DNA of 64,000 nucleotides from Eledone cirrhosa (Eukaryota). Position numbers and translations under genes: made by a program. Below the pieces are notes generated by a model. It ran no database searches. It was not told where the DNA came from and saw only the letters and a list, made by a program, of their open reading frames with translations. The DNA is taken from the NCBI GenBank assembly GCA_964016885.1, contig CAXHJY010001478.1, positions 1-64,000 on the forward strand, in the 5' to 3' direction. Positions 1 through 23,627 of the stretch are shown here, piece after piece. Position 1 is the first letter of the stretch; each line of letters opens with the position of its first letter.

Positions 1-788
1 GTGTCAAAATCGATACGAGACCTGGGCATAGACATGAGCGATGATGCATCTTTTTCTTCACACATCATGAAGGTGGCGACAGCATGTAGACGATTCGCTG
101 GCTGGATCTTGAGGACTTTCCTTACAAGAGATCGAGACACCATGTTGACACTGTGGAGGACTTTTGTCCTAAGCCGCCTGGACTACTGCTCCCAGCTGTG
201 GTCACCCCATAGTGTCAAACTAACCACAGAGCTTGAGGCAATCCAGCGAAGCTACACCAAGAGGATTGCCAAGATGAGGGAGACAAGCTACTGGGAGAGG
301 CTGAAGGAACTGAACCTCTACTCCTTGGAGCGAAGACGGGAGAGATACGCAGTGATCTACATGTGGAAAATCCTGGAGGGACTAGCACCAAACTTTGGCA
401 TTGGAGCTGGACCAACCGTCGAACAGGACGTCACTGTGTGGTGCCAAAGGTCCCGTCTTCCACATCTAGAATAAGGAGCAGGTATTGCAATAGCCTGGGA
501 TTCAAGGGCCCTCAACTCTTCAACAGGCTGCCGAGGCATCTGCGAGACTTGCATGACGTGGAGGTGGATGTCTTTAAGAAACATCTCGACACCTTGTTAT
601 CCAGGATCCCGGATGAGCCCACAGCAAGACATGAGGGAAACCTAAGGGCAGCAGCAACAAACTCCCTCCTACACCAGTGGCCAACCTATACAGGCTGGAG
701 ATAAAGTGTGTAGCAGCAAGGGCGGTGCCCCAGCATGGCCTCAGCCGGATGGCTGAAACAGGTAAAAGAGTAAAAGAGTAAAAGAGTA
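1..788 (+). mobile_element. 3' end of a CR1/L2-group LINE: ORF2 C-terminal region (frameshifted near 410), short 3' UTR and (GTAAAAGA)n tail
   Basis: ORF 1..474 has RDLGI..S....FSSHI, SRLDYCSQLWSP, LEAIQRSYTKRI and YWERLKELNLYSLERRRER, typical post-RT ORF2 motifs of CR1/L2-like LINEs. It continues in the 363..704 frame (FNRLP..L....VDVFKKHLD). Tandem gtaaaaga tail at 762-788. Confidence 0.85.
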
Positions 789-10953
<10,165 letters not shown>

Positions 10954-11298
10954 GTGTGTGTGTGTGTTTATATATTTATGTATGCTATATATATATCATA
11001 TATATAGAAATAATATATTTTCAATAGGGATGTTGAGCCATTCTTTAACTCCCAATATGATGAGCTGCTTGTCATACAAAATAGCCAACAGTAGCTAATC
11101 TATATTACACAAGAAGAACTGTTTACCCGTCTCTCTGTCTGTCACGTATATGTATATATATATATAATACATATAGTCTTTCTTCTGTTGTGTTTGAGTG
11201 TGTGTTTCTGTATATCCAAAGGGAAAACTGACTACAACTAGTAGAAATAAGATGCAACACGCAATTGACTTTCCCACTGAACGTTGAGTCGCTTGCCT

Positions 11299-11632
11299 GC
11301 GCTGGTATACGCTGGTATGCGCTGGTATACGCTGGTATGCGTTGGTATGTGCTGGTATGCACTGTTGTAAGCTTGTATGCGCTGGTATATGCTTGTGTAA
11401 ATTGGTATACGTTGGCATACGTTGGTGTAAGCTGGTATATGTTGGTATGCGCTGGTGTAAGCTGGTATATGTTGGTATGCGCTGCTGTAAGCTGGTATGC
11501 GCTGGTATACGCTGTTGTAAGCTGGTATATGTTGGTATGCGCTGGTGTAAGCTGGTATGCGCTGATATATGCTGGTGTAAGCTGGTATATGTTGTTATGT
11601 GCTGGTGTAAGCTGGTGTGCGTTGGTATACGA
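11299..11632. repeat. 10-bp-unit minisatellite (gctggtatac/gctggtgtaa/gttggtatgc variants, ~30-bp higher-order period)
   Basis: Tandem GCTGGTRTRN units visible directly. Confidence 0.9.
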
Positions 11633-13693
11633 TGCCAAACTCACCTCTACCAAACCAAACACATCAGTTAAATTAGCCGGAAAAGATGAATGAATACTGC
11701 GTATTGATAATTTAGACGTGGATGGGTTAAATATTTCGTTTCAAATGAAGGAACAGAATATGTAATATTGATGAATACGTACACAATTCTTAGTTGTTAA
11801 GAGGTGTATATTTGTGCATGTGTATCTGTGACTGACTGTGTCTAAGCGTGGTTCTGTAAGTGGATGTGTATAAACGTGTGTGCGTCCTTGTTTGTTTATC
11901 TGTGTCTGTGTGTCCGTGTATATGTGAATGAGTGTGGATGTGTCTCTGTGTGAACGTATTTAGAGGAGTATGTGTCTTTGTGGAAGTGTGTAAATGTGTG
12001 TATGTGTGTGTGCGCGCGTGTGCACATGTGTGTGATCAGATATTTACCTAAAGATATTGGCAGCCTTTAATTATAGCCACAAGTTTCGATAAGTTTCTAT
12101 GCCGTGGGGAGAAAGAAAATCTAAAGTTTGAACACTGAGCAGAAAGGAGACTTTTCAGTGAAATCAAATAACTATTGAATGATCTCTCCTTATAGGATGG
12201 TCTTTAATTAATTAGTGACCTTATTTAAAGGGGAATCTTCAAACTGAATAGTAAACATTTTGATAACATTAATAGTGTTCATTTTCTATAAATACCTAAT
12301 TGTTTCTAGTAGCAAGGACAATGTTTTAATTAGAATAGAAATATGATATCCTAATACTATACAAGCAGGTCGATTAATCCATACATTGATCCATGCCATA
12401 TATGTATTCCCATCAAAATCGATAACTACAACTAACAACAAACATTTATATCATTGTTGGTTATATATATATTTCAATGTGGGCAGAGGGTTGGCGAAAT
12501 AACAAGATTGCTAAATAAAATGTCCTCTCGTATTTTATTATCTCCCTTTAAATTCTGAGTTCAAATCCGACAGAATTCTTTCGATTGACTTTGTCTTTCG
12601 TTGTACCAGGATCGATGATAAAATAAAACTAATCATGTATCAATCCTCTACAATCCTCGTCCTATCAAAATCTGTGTCCTCCTTTCAAAATTATTAAATC
12701 GAGATTTAGATTGAACCACCCGAAGAACGACTTCTGCAATACGGTTTCAAATCCCACTCGAAAGGATATACTTCATTGAAGTTAATTTATTTCACAGACA
12801 CGAAATATTTTTTAATTAGCAATAAAACTAGCACAGCGAGATTCAGGATAAAGCCATTCATGGAACCTGTACAATATGTTGTGAATATTTAAATATACAT
12901 TTAGTCTAGCAGTGAATAATTTCAGTTGTGATCGAATGTTTGTTATACGTAAGCATACTGTATAGGTAACAACTGTTAATTTGCTAAGATCACAGGCACA
13001 CAGAACCACACACATCCACATAGAGAGACATAGACAGAGACAGACATAGACAGACACACACGTACAACCTCACACACGTACACCTATATAATGAAGTCTG
13101 TTGAAAAGGTATCCGATCTAAGGCTGGGAAAAAATTAAGTACTTGCTGGTGTTTAATAGCTAATCCGCTGGGAAGAAGACCCATTGGGCTTCTACACATC
13201 TAGCTGAGCGATCCTTTCACTGTTCGAAGAACACGAACACACACTCACACACACACACACACGCACACACACACATATATATATATGCTCACAGACATGG
13301 TTGTTGATGTATTGAAAATATATTAATTAGCAAACAGACGATAAACATCGGTTGTCTTCATAGATATCTGATACAACAGATATTTATAAAGATAGTGACT
13401 AAAGACACGATCATCTGATGTACTATTGACACAACGACTGCTCTACTTCTGAATAGCTTGTAAGGGAACAATCAACGATTTTAGAAATACCGTCGGATTA
13501 GCCGTAGTCATACATTTATTCAATAATTCAAGTAGTTGATACTTTTCCTCTGATCAGTGTTGTTATATGTGTTTGTATCCGTCGTCAAACACACAAGGAA
13601 ACGTTCAGGCTACTTGGCTGTAAACAGGCAGCACTACATGACAATCTTCTCTACGAAAGTAAAAAGTAACTGATTTGTATTTTATTACAATAA

Positions 13694-13830
13694 GCAGTGA
13701 ATTGGCAGAGTCATTAGAAGGTCGAATAGAATGTTTTGCGGTAATTGTTCCGGATCTCTGCTCTTTGAATTCAAATCCCACCGAGGTCGCCTTTGCCTTT
13801 CATTCCTTCGAGGGCGATAAAAAAAAATAC
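13694..13830 (+). mobile_element. Degenerate tRNA-derived SINE (same family as 30045-30231)
   Basis: gaattggcagagtc A-box-like, gaattcaaatccc B-box-like, and ctttgcctttcattcc body. Confidence 0.7.
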
Positions 13831-14994
13831 CACCCAATACTGGAATTGTTTCTTCCTCTATATCTCTTTTTATTTTCTTTCTAACACACTCTCTCCTTCT
13901 CTGTAAAACAGTCTGTGTTTAGTTCTGTAGAGGGATGGGTGACACTACCCCCTACGACTCCACCAGGAGTTGTGGGGTCATAGATACATACATTACAGTT
14001 ATAATATAAATCTCAATTGAATGAAAATAGTTAAGTTACTGTTAACATATGTAATGAAGAAAAACACTGCAACATTGACTACAACAAACTACTATGTTGC
14101 AATATGACAAATAGACAATTAAGTTAGTGTTAACATAATTATGAAGCGAGTATTAAGCAAAATACTAATTAGAAATATTTATGCCGTGATGAAAAATAAT
14201 ATTAGCTAATGACTAATATTTTGTTAATTTGGTTCGTTTACGAAGCATTGAGGAAATTTAAAATATGCTGGCTTTTTGAATAACCATCACAAGGCAAATG
14301 AACTATAATTAATATTCGAATAAGTCGGTTAAAATATCCTGCAATCGGTAAAAAATAGACATAACAGACAGCCAGAATAGAACGACGCACCTTCCGTATA
14401 CACAACGACTGTGTTTAACCTTTACACAAAAGCGCTTTTGTAAACATTGGTTCGTTTACGAAGCAATATGAAAATTTACAAAATATATTTAACTTTTGTA
14501 AAGCCACCACAATGCAGATGAATTATAAATAAAAGTTAAATAAGTGGGGCAAAATAGCACAATGTAAATCGATTCCCTTAGGCTGTTCTGTTGAATTTAT
14601 TATGTCACCAGGGATATTTATTCGACTTTTACGGCTATTATTGATCTTTCATCTTTATTGTGGTGGCGTTTTAAAAGCAGACATTTTAAATTATTTCGTG
14701 AAGTACAGGACACAACTTTGGAAACCATACAGCCAGATTATTATTTCGGGAGGTACAGGACACAACTTTGGAAATCATACAGCCAGATTATAGTCTAATC
14801 CGCGAAACAATCTACAGCGTAGAATACATACATTAAGTATGTTGTACATTCTTAAACGTAGAAAATACTGGAAACATTTAAAGAATAAATAACTCAATGA
14901 TGAGCTTGGTGAAAGATCCGAAGACTCTGAGTTATCGAACACTTCCAAATATAAATTATAGTTGATTGTAAAAGATTATGTTTAGAGATCTTAC

Positions 14995-15099
14995 CTGTAA
15001 ACTTCCCTTTGGACAGTATTCTATCAACAAACACATATTCGGTGGTTCTATACAGCTTCCAATAAATCGAACAATGTAATCACAAGATAAATCCCTCAT
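14995..15099 (-). CDS. Exon of receptor-type guanylyl cyclase (NPR/ANP-receptor-like), kinase-homology domain: MRDLSCDYIVRFIGSCIEPPNMCLLIEYCPKGSLQ
   Basis: Minus strand: tttttcag acceptor, 105 nt open phase-0 exon, gtaaga donor. The peptide matches the MRD....L.RFVGAC.DPPNICILTEYCP.GSLQ exon of NPR1/NPR2-type cyclases. Confidence 0.93.
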
Positions 15100-15575
15100 C
15101 TGAAAAACCAAAATAACAATATCAATAATACAATCAAGTGAATTTCAAAGTAAACTAAAGGAAAGAAACGAGGATAGCAAGAAATTTCCTGGTACAGTCG
15201 TCGATAGCTTATCACAGTGCCACGAGTAATAGAGTAAGGCATGAACTAAAGTACTTGTATCTTTAAATCCTCATTATATCAGGTGTTTCAAGTAATTTTC
15301 TCAATATTTTAGGATCACTATGCACAAAAGACATGGAAACGAAGGAAGGTGATAAAAGTACATCTGATAAAATTTAGTTACATAACCTGTTTAATTAGTG
15401 ATACTTGTTTGCTAATCATATGCGTCTAAGATTGTTATACAGTACTGGAATGTTCCATCATGGTAGCTGTGTCAATATTACTCAAAAGCTAGAATCATGA
15501 TATACATGAGCTCTATGAAAAAAATCAATATATTTGGTAAGACAAAAAGGGATTTCATTATGTATAATCTAGGTT

Positions 15576-15723
15576 ATACATAATTGTTTATACTTTAGGC
15601 ACAAGGCCAGCAATTATCCAGTGCATTACTGGTACTTTATTTTACGGGGTCGATAAAATAAAGTACCAGTAATGCACTGGGTAATTGCTGGCCTTGTGCT
15701 TAAAGTAGAAACAATTATGTATA
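15576..15723. repeat. Fold-back palindrome built from two inverted SINE 3' halves
   Basis: aattgtt..ggcacaaggccagcaatt..actggtactttatttta followed by its reverse complement taaaataaagtaccagt..aattgctggccttgtgc..aacaatt. Confidence 0.85.
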
Positions 15724-16511
15724 ATCTGGGTAAAATAAATACGTTATATTATGTACAAGGGTCGCTTTATTGGGCTAAACATGTCTAAATAGTTACACAG
15801 TTCGCTTCTGAGTTCAACTACTCTGTTTGGTAACTTGAACAAGTGTCATCTACCATAGCCTTGAGTTGAACTAAGCCTTGAGTTGACCCAAGCCCTTTTA
15901 AGTGAATTTGAGTGGATGGAAACTGTTTGCAAGCCAGTCGGATAGTACTGTAGTTATAATGCAAAGGTACAGCTTTCTTACAAACCGAGTCACGCCTAAT
16001 CTTCCTGAGAATTACGTTATGGGTCCACCACGTACCTATAAAATGCACAGCCACTTACACATTAATTTTACGAGCTGGTTGTTTCATAACAAAAAACTTT
16101 ATATAGGAATCGTTATTTATATATAAAACACACCCAACTAAAATTTCTTACGTATTATTAAACATGAGAGCGCGGCTAGTTTTGATAACATGTGGTACAT
16201 AATATAGAATCCGTAATTGAAATTACCAATATTTATTATATAGTGTTTATAAACTTAATTATCTTCAGGATTCTAATTACATCAAGCTTTGAAAAAATAA
16301 TAGGAAAGTTGAAAATGAAAGAAATATGAATTCCAAGAAAACTACATCAAAAACAAAGAAGCAAAACCAAAACATGGTATTTCCATATCGGAAGATACAA
16401 TATTAAACATGAAAATATATTCAACACGTGAAAACATAATCATTAAACACTTAATATTTTAATTACATGTCTAATTAATCGTGCAATTTGAAAAATATAA
16501 AACGAATGTGA

Positions 16512-16569
<58 letters not shown>

Positions 16570-16677
16570 CGTATATCACAGTATTAATATACATTTTCTA
16601 ACCCAGAAATAAGAGAGAAATAAATAAAAAGGGAAAAAACTATATTTTTCTTCCTAATAATCCTCTTTTCTCCCTGT

Positions 16678-16753
<76 letters not shown>

Positions 16754-16864
16754 AATTAATATCTAGTAACATATATATACATACAGATGCATATCAATGC
16801 TAGCAAATATATAGGTTTTGTCTTAGTAACTTTGTGGTTCAATGCATGGGGTTGCAGAACAATA

Positions 16865-17160
16865 ATATGAGAGACGTAAAATAAGAAAATTATAAAATTA
16901 ACTTACTTACTAAAATATCACTTCCAACTAATTAGTTTCTGGAATGGAATAAATATATTTTCCGAAGAAAACACAGAGAATCATTCCGTTGTCAGGGAAG
17001 ACTATTCTCATACTTAGATGAGAATAGTCTTCCTTGACGACGGAATGATTCTCTGTGTTTTCTTCGGAAAATATATTTATTCCATTCCAGAAACTAATTA
17101 GTTGGAAGTGATATTTTAGTAAGTAAGTTAATTTTATAATTTTCTTATTTTACGTCTCTC

Positions 17161-17164
<4 letters not shown>
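16865..17164. mobile_element. ~147-bp-arm fold-back element carrying a mutated type I hammerhead in each arm
   Basis: Arms 16865-17011 and 17018-17164, 6-nt spacer. Right arm 17029-17108: cttcc-TTGACGA-c-ggaatg...cattcc-a-GAAA-ctaattag-TT-ggaag. The left arm (minus) has CTGACAA at the same position. Confidence 0.75.
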
Positions 17165-17216
<52 letters not shown>

Positions 17217-17231
17217 ATGTGTGTGTGTATA

Positions 17232-17279
<48 letters not shown>

Positions 17280-17297
17280 CATGAATGTATCTATATA

Positions 17298-17475
17298 TTA
17301 TAAAGTGTCGGGACCCGATGGTCGAGCTCTTGTTGTTTCAACATCTAGTTCCTGTCTGGAACCTGCTGTTTAAACGGTAAGAGCTCAGCCATCGAGTCCC
17401 GTCTCTTTATAATATAACCATACTCTACTACCAACAGTATCTAGTACTCTGTTATGTAATGGTCTATTCAACATA
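17298..17475 (+). mobile_element. Short hairpin element with ATACTC..AGTAC tail, next to (TA)n; related to 43768-43950
   Basis: Imperfect inverted repeat cgggac-cgatgg-gagctctt / aagagctc-ccatcg-gtcccg, then ccatactctactaccaacagtatctagtactctgtt. Confidence 0.7.
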
Positions 17476-18574
17476 CAGACAATCACATACCTTGTTCACA
17501 TTTATGGATGTGTGTCAATGGCCAAAAAATTAGTATTGTTGGCAAACCAAGATTTCTCCTATGTGTTTCTCTAGTTCGCTTTAACTAATACGTATCATTA
17601 GCACGTTCTCTGTCAAATAACACACGACTCGCTTGAAATCGGAAGGAATTACAAACTACATAATGCAGTCACGTATAAAAGATGAGTTGAACACAGTTGG
17701 AGTGCATCTGATAGTAGCTCTACTGGTATAGGTTCTGTCTGCCCAGAGCTCAACAAATCCAGCCACCGGGGAATGCTAGAAAAAACAGCCAAAATCTCCC
17801 AACCGTTTTAGAAATAGATATATTCGAAAATGTATTTGACAAATCACAAGATGGTCACGAAAAGTAGGTCTTGTGAATAATATACCTGCTTGATCAGAGT
17901 ACGTTTAAGCAGCCCCACATCCGCCGATGACGACAACGGCAACAACAATCACTACTTAAAAAATAACAAACACTTGGAAATGACAAAAAGCTCGTTAACT
18001 TCCTATTTTCTCCCAGTTCTACATTTTTTCTTTAGGTTTTTTTATACTGATTAAAATTCCTTTCTCCTTCAATTTGCTTTGAATTCATATTTTTTTAACA
18101 CAATTCTGCGCACAAAACTTAAAAGTTAACTGCCATGAAAGTTAAACTCCTCTACTTTGTCTTTTATGAAGGAAGGGGAAAAAACAACAGCTACAAACCA
18201 GCCCACCATCCCTTTTCTAATTCACTTTGAACATAAATAATCTACTAACAGAATAATATGATTGTTTTTCAATCATCTCGCTTCACAGTTTTGTTATTTT
18301 ACTTATGAATTTCTTATGAGAAGAAGATAATATAATTTACAAAAAATTCTAGCTTACAGCAACATTATTTTTTCCTCGACATGTTCTTCTCTGTGTGTCT
18401 TTCTCTTCAAATGTCATTCCTATTTTCTATTTCCATTTCCTGATCTTCTTTGCAAAGTTCTTCTTCCCAATATATTTATCTATCTTTTGGTTCAATTTAA
18501 TAAACGAAAAAAAAATATTTGTTCGTATGCTTGTTCGCATGCTTGTTCACGAAATATGCCTACGACTCAATGCT

Positions 18575-18810
18575 TTGCTAGAAATAGGAGCAAACGAAAT
18601 GCCCTCAACATGGTTTTCCACCATGCTAGAAATAGCACCCAGTTAAATATCCTCAACAGACAACTAACGTTTCTTTTTGACATGCTAGAAATAGCAACCA
18701 GCTAAATAACCCCAATAGGTACCTTAGATGGTTTTAAGATATGCTAGAAATAGCAGCCAGTTAAATATTCTCAACCTAATGCCATTTTAAGAAAAGAGAT
18801 ATGCTAGATA
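18575..18810. repeat. Degenerate tandem repeat with core atgctagaaatagca.ccag.taaata (~50-60 bp period)
   Basis: Core recurs about five times. Confidence 0.7.
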
Positions 18811-18844
18811 AAAAGAGAAAAAGAAAAAGGATGGAATTGGCAGC

Positions 18845-19640
18845 AACATGACTACAACACCACCATAACAACATCTACAACACCCAAACCACCACAACCA
18901 TATCTACAACACCACCATAACTACAACATCTTCATCCCCGATATCACTACAACCACAACACCATCACAATCTTATCTACAGCACATACACCACTATGACC
19001 ACATCTCCACCATCAACATCACATCTACAACACAACCAAATCTACAACACCAACACAACCACATACACACCATGAACATCACAACTACAACACTAACACA
19101 ACCACAACTACACCATCAACATCACAACTACAACGCTAACACAACCACAAGTACAACACCACCACAACCACATCTAAAACACCCACACAACCACATCTAC
19201 ACCATCAACATCACAACTACCACAACTACAACACAACCACATCTACTTCATGAACATCACAACTACAACACCACCACAACCACATCTAAAACACCCACAC
19301 AACCACATCTACACCATCAACATCACAACTACACCATCAGCATCACCACAACCACAACAACATCACAACTACAACACCCACACAATCACATCTACAACAC
19401 CAACATCAACATCACATCTACAACACCAGCATCACCACAACCCCATCTACAACACCAGCACAACCACATCTACAACACCAACAACACTACAAGAAGAAAA
19501 AAGAAGAAGCGTAAGAAGACAAACGAAAGAAATAGAAGCAGAAGAAAAAGAAAAAAAAGAAAGAAGAAGGGGAAGAAGAGAACGTATAAGAGAAAAACGG
19601 AAGAGGAAGAGGAAAAAGAAACAGAAGAAAAAAAACATTA
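18845..19640. repeat. CA-rich (caac/cacca) low-complexity tract followed by an A/G-rich tract
   Basis: Directly visible; gives T/H/Q-rich and K/R-rich spurious ORFs. Confidence 0.85.
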
Positions 19641-19878
19641 AACAATTACCCCCTCACCCCACCCCCAATACTCCATATTGCAGCAAGTGTAATGAATATT
19701 TTAGTAACGTTGGAGATGTTTTAGATAGATTTAAGGTTCAATGCATTGGATATAATACTTGTGATTTCTATCTGGTGTAAGATATATAAATAAGATATGG
19801 ATTGTTATTGTGTCTTGTGAAGTAATTCCACCATGAAAATAATACAAAACAAAGAAACGGAATGATTTAACACATTGA

Positions 19879-20175
19879 AAGACAATTTCTGCGACTAATC
19901 CAGATTCTGCTACACGTCGGGCTGAGGAGGCCAAACTCTCCAAATACCGGTCGCTCTCCGACAGGTTTGTGGTCGTACCCTTGGCAGTGGGGACTTCTGG
20001 TGTCCTCGGCCCTAGGGCTACCTCCCTACTCACCACCATAGGCGATGAGCTAGCCAGCCGCAGGTGTGAGCCTCGCGAGTCGGAATGGCTCTTCCAGCGC
20101 GTCTCCCTTGCCGTCCTCCGGCGAAACGCTTTCTCCATTCTGTCCGCTGGAGCTGTGGGGAGGCCATCAATTTGA
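19879..20175 (+). mobile_element. CRE-clade non-LTR retrotransposon 3' fragment (C-terminus of restriction-like endonuclease)
   Basis: In-frame ..ATRRAEEAKLSKYRSLSDRFVVVPLAVGTSGVLGPRATSLLTTIG...EPRESEWLFQRVSLAVLRRNAFSI matches the K..KY / F.P.A.ET.G..G / LFQR.S.A..RGNA pattern of CRE-type elements; GC-rich island. Confidence 0.8.
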
Positions 20176-20871
20176 TTGACTGACTTGTCATTTTATCAGT
20201 TAACATGAACATAGATATAGGTACTTAGCGTGAATTTACTTCTGACTTTGTATCAGCTTTCTTTAAATCCATCAGTATTTTACATTTCAGTTGGGGTAGT
20301 AGGTGAAGAATCACCACCATTAAGGGCGATGGATTGGCAGTATCGGTAGAGGGTAGGAAGCCATGCTTTGCAGCATAGAGTTGAATTCAAATCCCGTTCA
20401 AATTCACGTTTTACCAGTTCAATAATTACCACCACCACCACCACCAGCAACAGTTGGGGGTTTATTTTGTGATGGAATAACGTCATGTGCAATGGGTTAG
20501 TTAGTCTTGTACTTTTTGTGGATTAACCCCTATGAATTCAAAACAAGCAACAGACTCTGAGCCCGGGACAGACTTCAAATTTAACCTAATGTTGATAGAA
20601 TCAGTTTGAACTTATTTGTGTAGTGTAACTGAACGGAAATGTAATGAGAATAAATATTTTTGATTAAGTTTCTACTATGAAAATTGCAGATTCTCTGAGA
20701 TTATGAAGATAATTTGTTTCCAATACAATCCCCTCATTAAAGAATCTGTTGAATTAAATAACGTCATAAAACAGAGGAAGAAGAAATGAATCTGATTCGG
20801 TAGAAAATTACATTATCTAAGAATACATCGCTTCATTATACAGTAGAATTTGTTACGTGGTATAACATAAC

Positions 20872-21055
20872 TGTTTCTACTTTTGGCACAAGGCCAGCAA
20901 TTACCAGTGTATTACTGGTACTTTATTTTATCGACCCCGTAAGGATGAAAGGCAAAGTTAACCTCGGCGGGATTTGAACTCAGAATGGCAAGGGCCGTAA
21001 CTCTATGCGTCAAAGCATGGCGTCCGACCCTCTACCGATACTGCCAATCCACCGT
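20872..21055 (-). mobile_element. Full-length tRNA-derived SINE with 12-bp target-site duplication
   Basis: Reverse complement of the 30045-30231 family; gtataacataac flanks both sides (20860-20871 and 21056-21067). Confidence 0.9.
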
Positions 21056-21399
21056 GTATAACATAACATGATTTAACAATAGTACAACACATGTCGAACA
21101 TTAAGCAATCTGGGTAGTCATTAATTAGTGATGTTTATGAATAGACTCCAAGTGATATGTAACAGCAGCTACAGTGGTAGGCTGGCTGGCCGGCCATGTG
21201 TTTTCCCAGTGTTAGTCATTAAAGCTGACTAGTGATTTACTGTTTTATGTCGTAGCTAGAGCAAAAATGAAGTAGAAGTACTTAATTGAGATTTATCAAG
21301 TTGCCATCAAATATCTTAATATTGGACCAGTGAGATAAATATATCATAAATTCTATAACACCCAAACACAGGCATATATATATATATATATATATATAT

Positions 21400-21606
21400 A
21401 GTTTTAATATAGATGAGATTCTACAGGACTAGAACTGTTTCATTCATTAGAAATCATCAGGAATCTCTGATGATTCCTGATGATTTCTAATGAATGAAAC
21501 AGTTCTAGTCCTGTAGAATCTCATCTATATTAAAACTGTTATACTCTGCTATGTATTGAGTACCTTACTTACTGTGGTTACCTCCGATTCAACCCGGAAT
21601 AACGTA
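21400..21606 (+). mobile_element. Hammerhead element in (TA)n: ~66-bp-arm fold-back (21400-21537) plus unpaired ATACTC..GAGTAC tail
   Basis: Arms 21400-21465 and 21472-21537; tail atactctgctatgtattgagtac; (TA)n on both sides. Confidence 0.8.
21472..21520 (+). ncRNA. Type I hammerhead ribozyme
   Basis: gattc-CTGATGA-tttc taat gaat-GAAA-cag ttctagtc ctg-TA-gaatc. Stem I gattc/gaatc, stem III acag/ctgt, GUA cleavage triplet; the first pair of stem II is a T-T mismatch. Confidence 0.75.
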
Positions 21607-21799
21607 TATATATATATATATATAATGGCTGCAAACTCTACTAAGAGTATTGCAATCGCTTGTCAGATTATAGAATTTGGTGCACTTTTAGGTTACGGCC
21701 AGTCACACAAACCTGTAACATCCTGAACAAACAATACATGTGCTTTGAAGGTTTTTTTAAAGTGGGGAATCCCACTCTCTGGGCATCAAAAACATACAT

Positions 21800-21945
21800 A
21801 GGCAGCGAATTGACAGAGTCGTTAGAACGTTGGATGGAATTCTTAATGGTATTCATTCCGGCTCTCTATTCTCTGAGTTCAAATCCCGCCGAGGTCAATT
21901 TTGCCTTTCATCATTTCGAGTCGATAAAAAAAGTACCAGTCTAGT
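21800..21945 (+). mobile_element. Degenerate tRNA-derived SINE
   Basis: ctgagttcaaatcccgccgaggtcaattttgcctttcat...gtcgataaaaaaagtaccag. Confidence 0.8.
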
Positions 21946-22229
21946 ATTGGGCTGGATTCTTTCTCTATATCTCCTTCTTATTTTCTCTCTCTCACGAGGA
22001 GAAATCTGCTGTACTCAGGCCTGGAGACGGATGGGCTCAGCCAGGCTTAAAATACCCAAGAAACGACGTTTGTCAATTAAGACACCCCACAGTAAGATCG
22101 AACTCGAGATCTTCTGGTTAAGGACGAGCCTCGTAACAAGTCGGTCATGCGGCCTCTACAAAGTGTATGTGAAATTCAAAGGGGAATGGATATCTTATAC
22201 TGTATTGCTTCGAGCTCCTCAAGTTTGAA

Positions 22230-22436
22230 ATGAAAAGGAAGAAAAAAGAAAAAAGAAAAAAGAAAAAAGAAAAAAGAAAAAAGAAAAAAAAGAAAAGAAA
22301 AAAGAAAAAAAGAAAAAAGAAAAAAAGAAAAAAGAAAAACGAAAGAAAAAGAAAGAAAAAAGAAGAAAGAAAAAAAGAGGAAAGAAAAAAGAAGAAAGAA
22401 AAAAGAAGAAATAAAAAATAAAAAATTAAAAAAAGA
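22230..22436. repeat. A-rich (GAAAAA)n tract
   Basis: Directly visible. Confidence 0.9.
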
Positions 22437-22990
22437 ATAACTTGATTAACTTCGATGTTCTATCGAATCTCCATATGAAACACCTAACAAACCCGGATCT
22501 CTCTCTCTGTTTCGGCTTCTCCCGACCTCTCCCCTCCTTGTGATCGATTTAATAACTCCAAGTTGTATTCAATAAAGTTATTTTCCACATCATTCCATAT
22601 TACATTGACTTTCAATGCCGTTCTCTCTACTTACTTTAAATAATACTTCAAGGCTTAATACAAAATTTTACATTTAATTGTATTGGGTTTGGGGATTTTT
22701 TAAAATACTACTACCATCTCTAATACGGGTATTGATAATGGTCATTATATGTATATATACATATGTATATATAATGTTGAAAGTGGTGTATTATATACAA
22801 TGCATCAAGCAAACTGCAACAGCAACATTTTATTAAATGTGTGTATATATATAAATATATAGTAATAATAATAAACGTGAAGACTAAAATCCGAAGAGGG
22901 CTCGATAAGAGTTTCAGAAGATCCTGTTAAGGGTGAAAGCAGCGATTCTTTGCTTAAACTTTAATCTGATATTTTAATATATATATATTT

Positions 22991-23030
<40 letters not shown>

Positions 23031-23345
23031 CACAAGAATCAAAGCTATGTTCAAAGCATTTATTCACTTACAATTGTTTCATCCAAACTGCTCTGTAGAA
23101 CAACTGATGTTCTTACATTGAGCTATTTATCTTACTAGTAATAAATTACTGGATGGCCTTCCCTGTTTATAGTTTAAAATAGACATAACTATAAATAGTA
23201 TCCTTAATATTATATATATATATATATAGATGATATAGAATTATATCTGTAAAAATACAGAGTGTGTAACCAAGACGCAGTATATGTTTATAACCTAAAT
23301 CTTCTAAATGACTAGGATTTTAGTTACATGTTTCGACATTCCTTA

Positions 23346-23392
23346 TGCTCCGATGAACCGAGACTCCCCTCTGGAAGAAACAATTGTCAGCA
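23346..23392 (+). ncRNA. Degenerate type I hammerhead within a short element between (TA)n tracts
   Basis: tgct-CCGATGA-accgagactcccctctggaa-GAAA-caattg-TC-agca. One core substitution, weak stem II, palindromic stem III (acaattgt); catactc...agtac tail at ~23481-23502. Confidence 0.5.
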
Positions 23393-23627
23393 AATAAGTG
23401 TTCTGAATTAAACTTGATCGTTTTAACACTTTGTATCTCAGCTCTGTAAAACACTTGGAAATTTGCATTGAGCCTTTTGTCATACTCGTAATTGGCTAGT
23501 ACTTATTACTACCCTACATATTTATAGCTATATCAAACATATAAATATAAATATTCTTATTACTATATATAATATATATATATAATATATATATATTATA
23601 TATTATATATATATTATATATATATAA

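Noticed and set aside
14228-14791. Local direct repeats (14228/14447 and a 49-bp tandem at 14703/14752)
   Set aside because: Short, diverged local duplications with no element hallmarks.
21286-21340. Plus-strand QVAIKYL as a kinase VAIK motif
   Set aside because: Wrong strand, stop soon after, no splice sites; the real VAIK exon is at 35632-35709.
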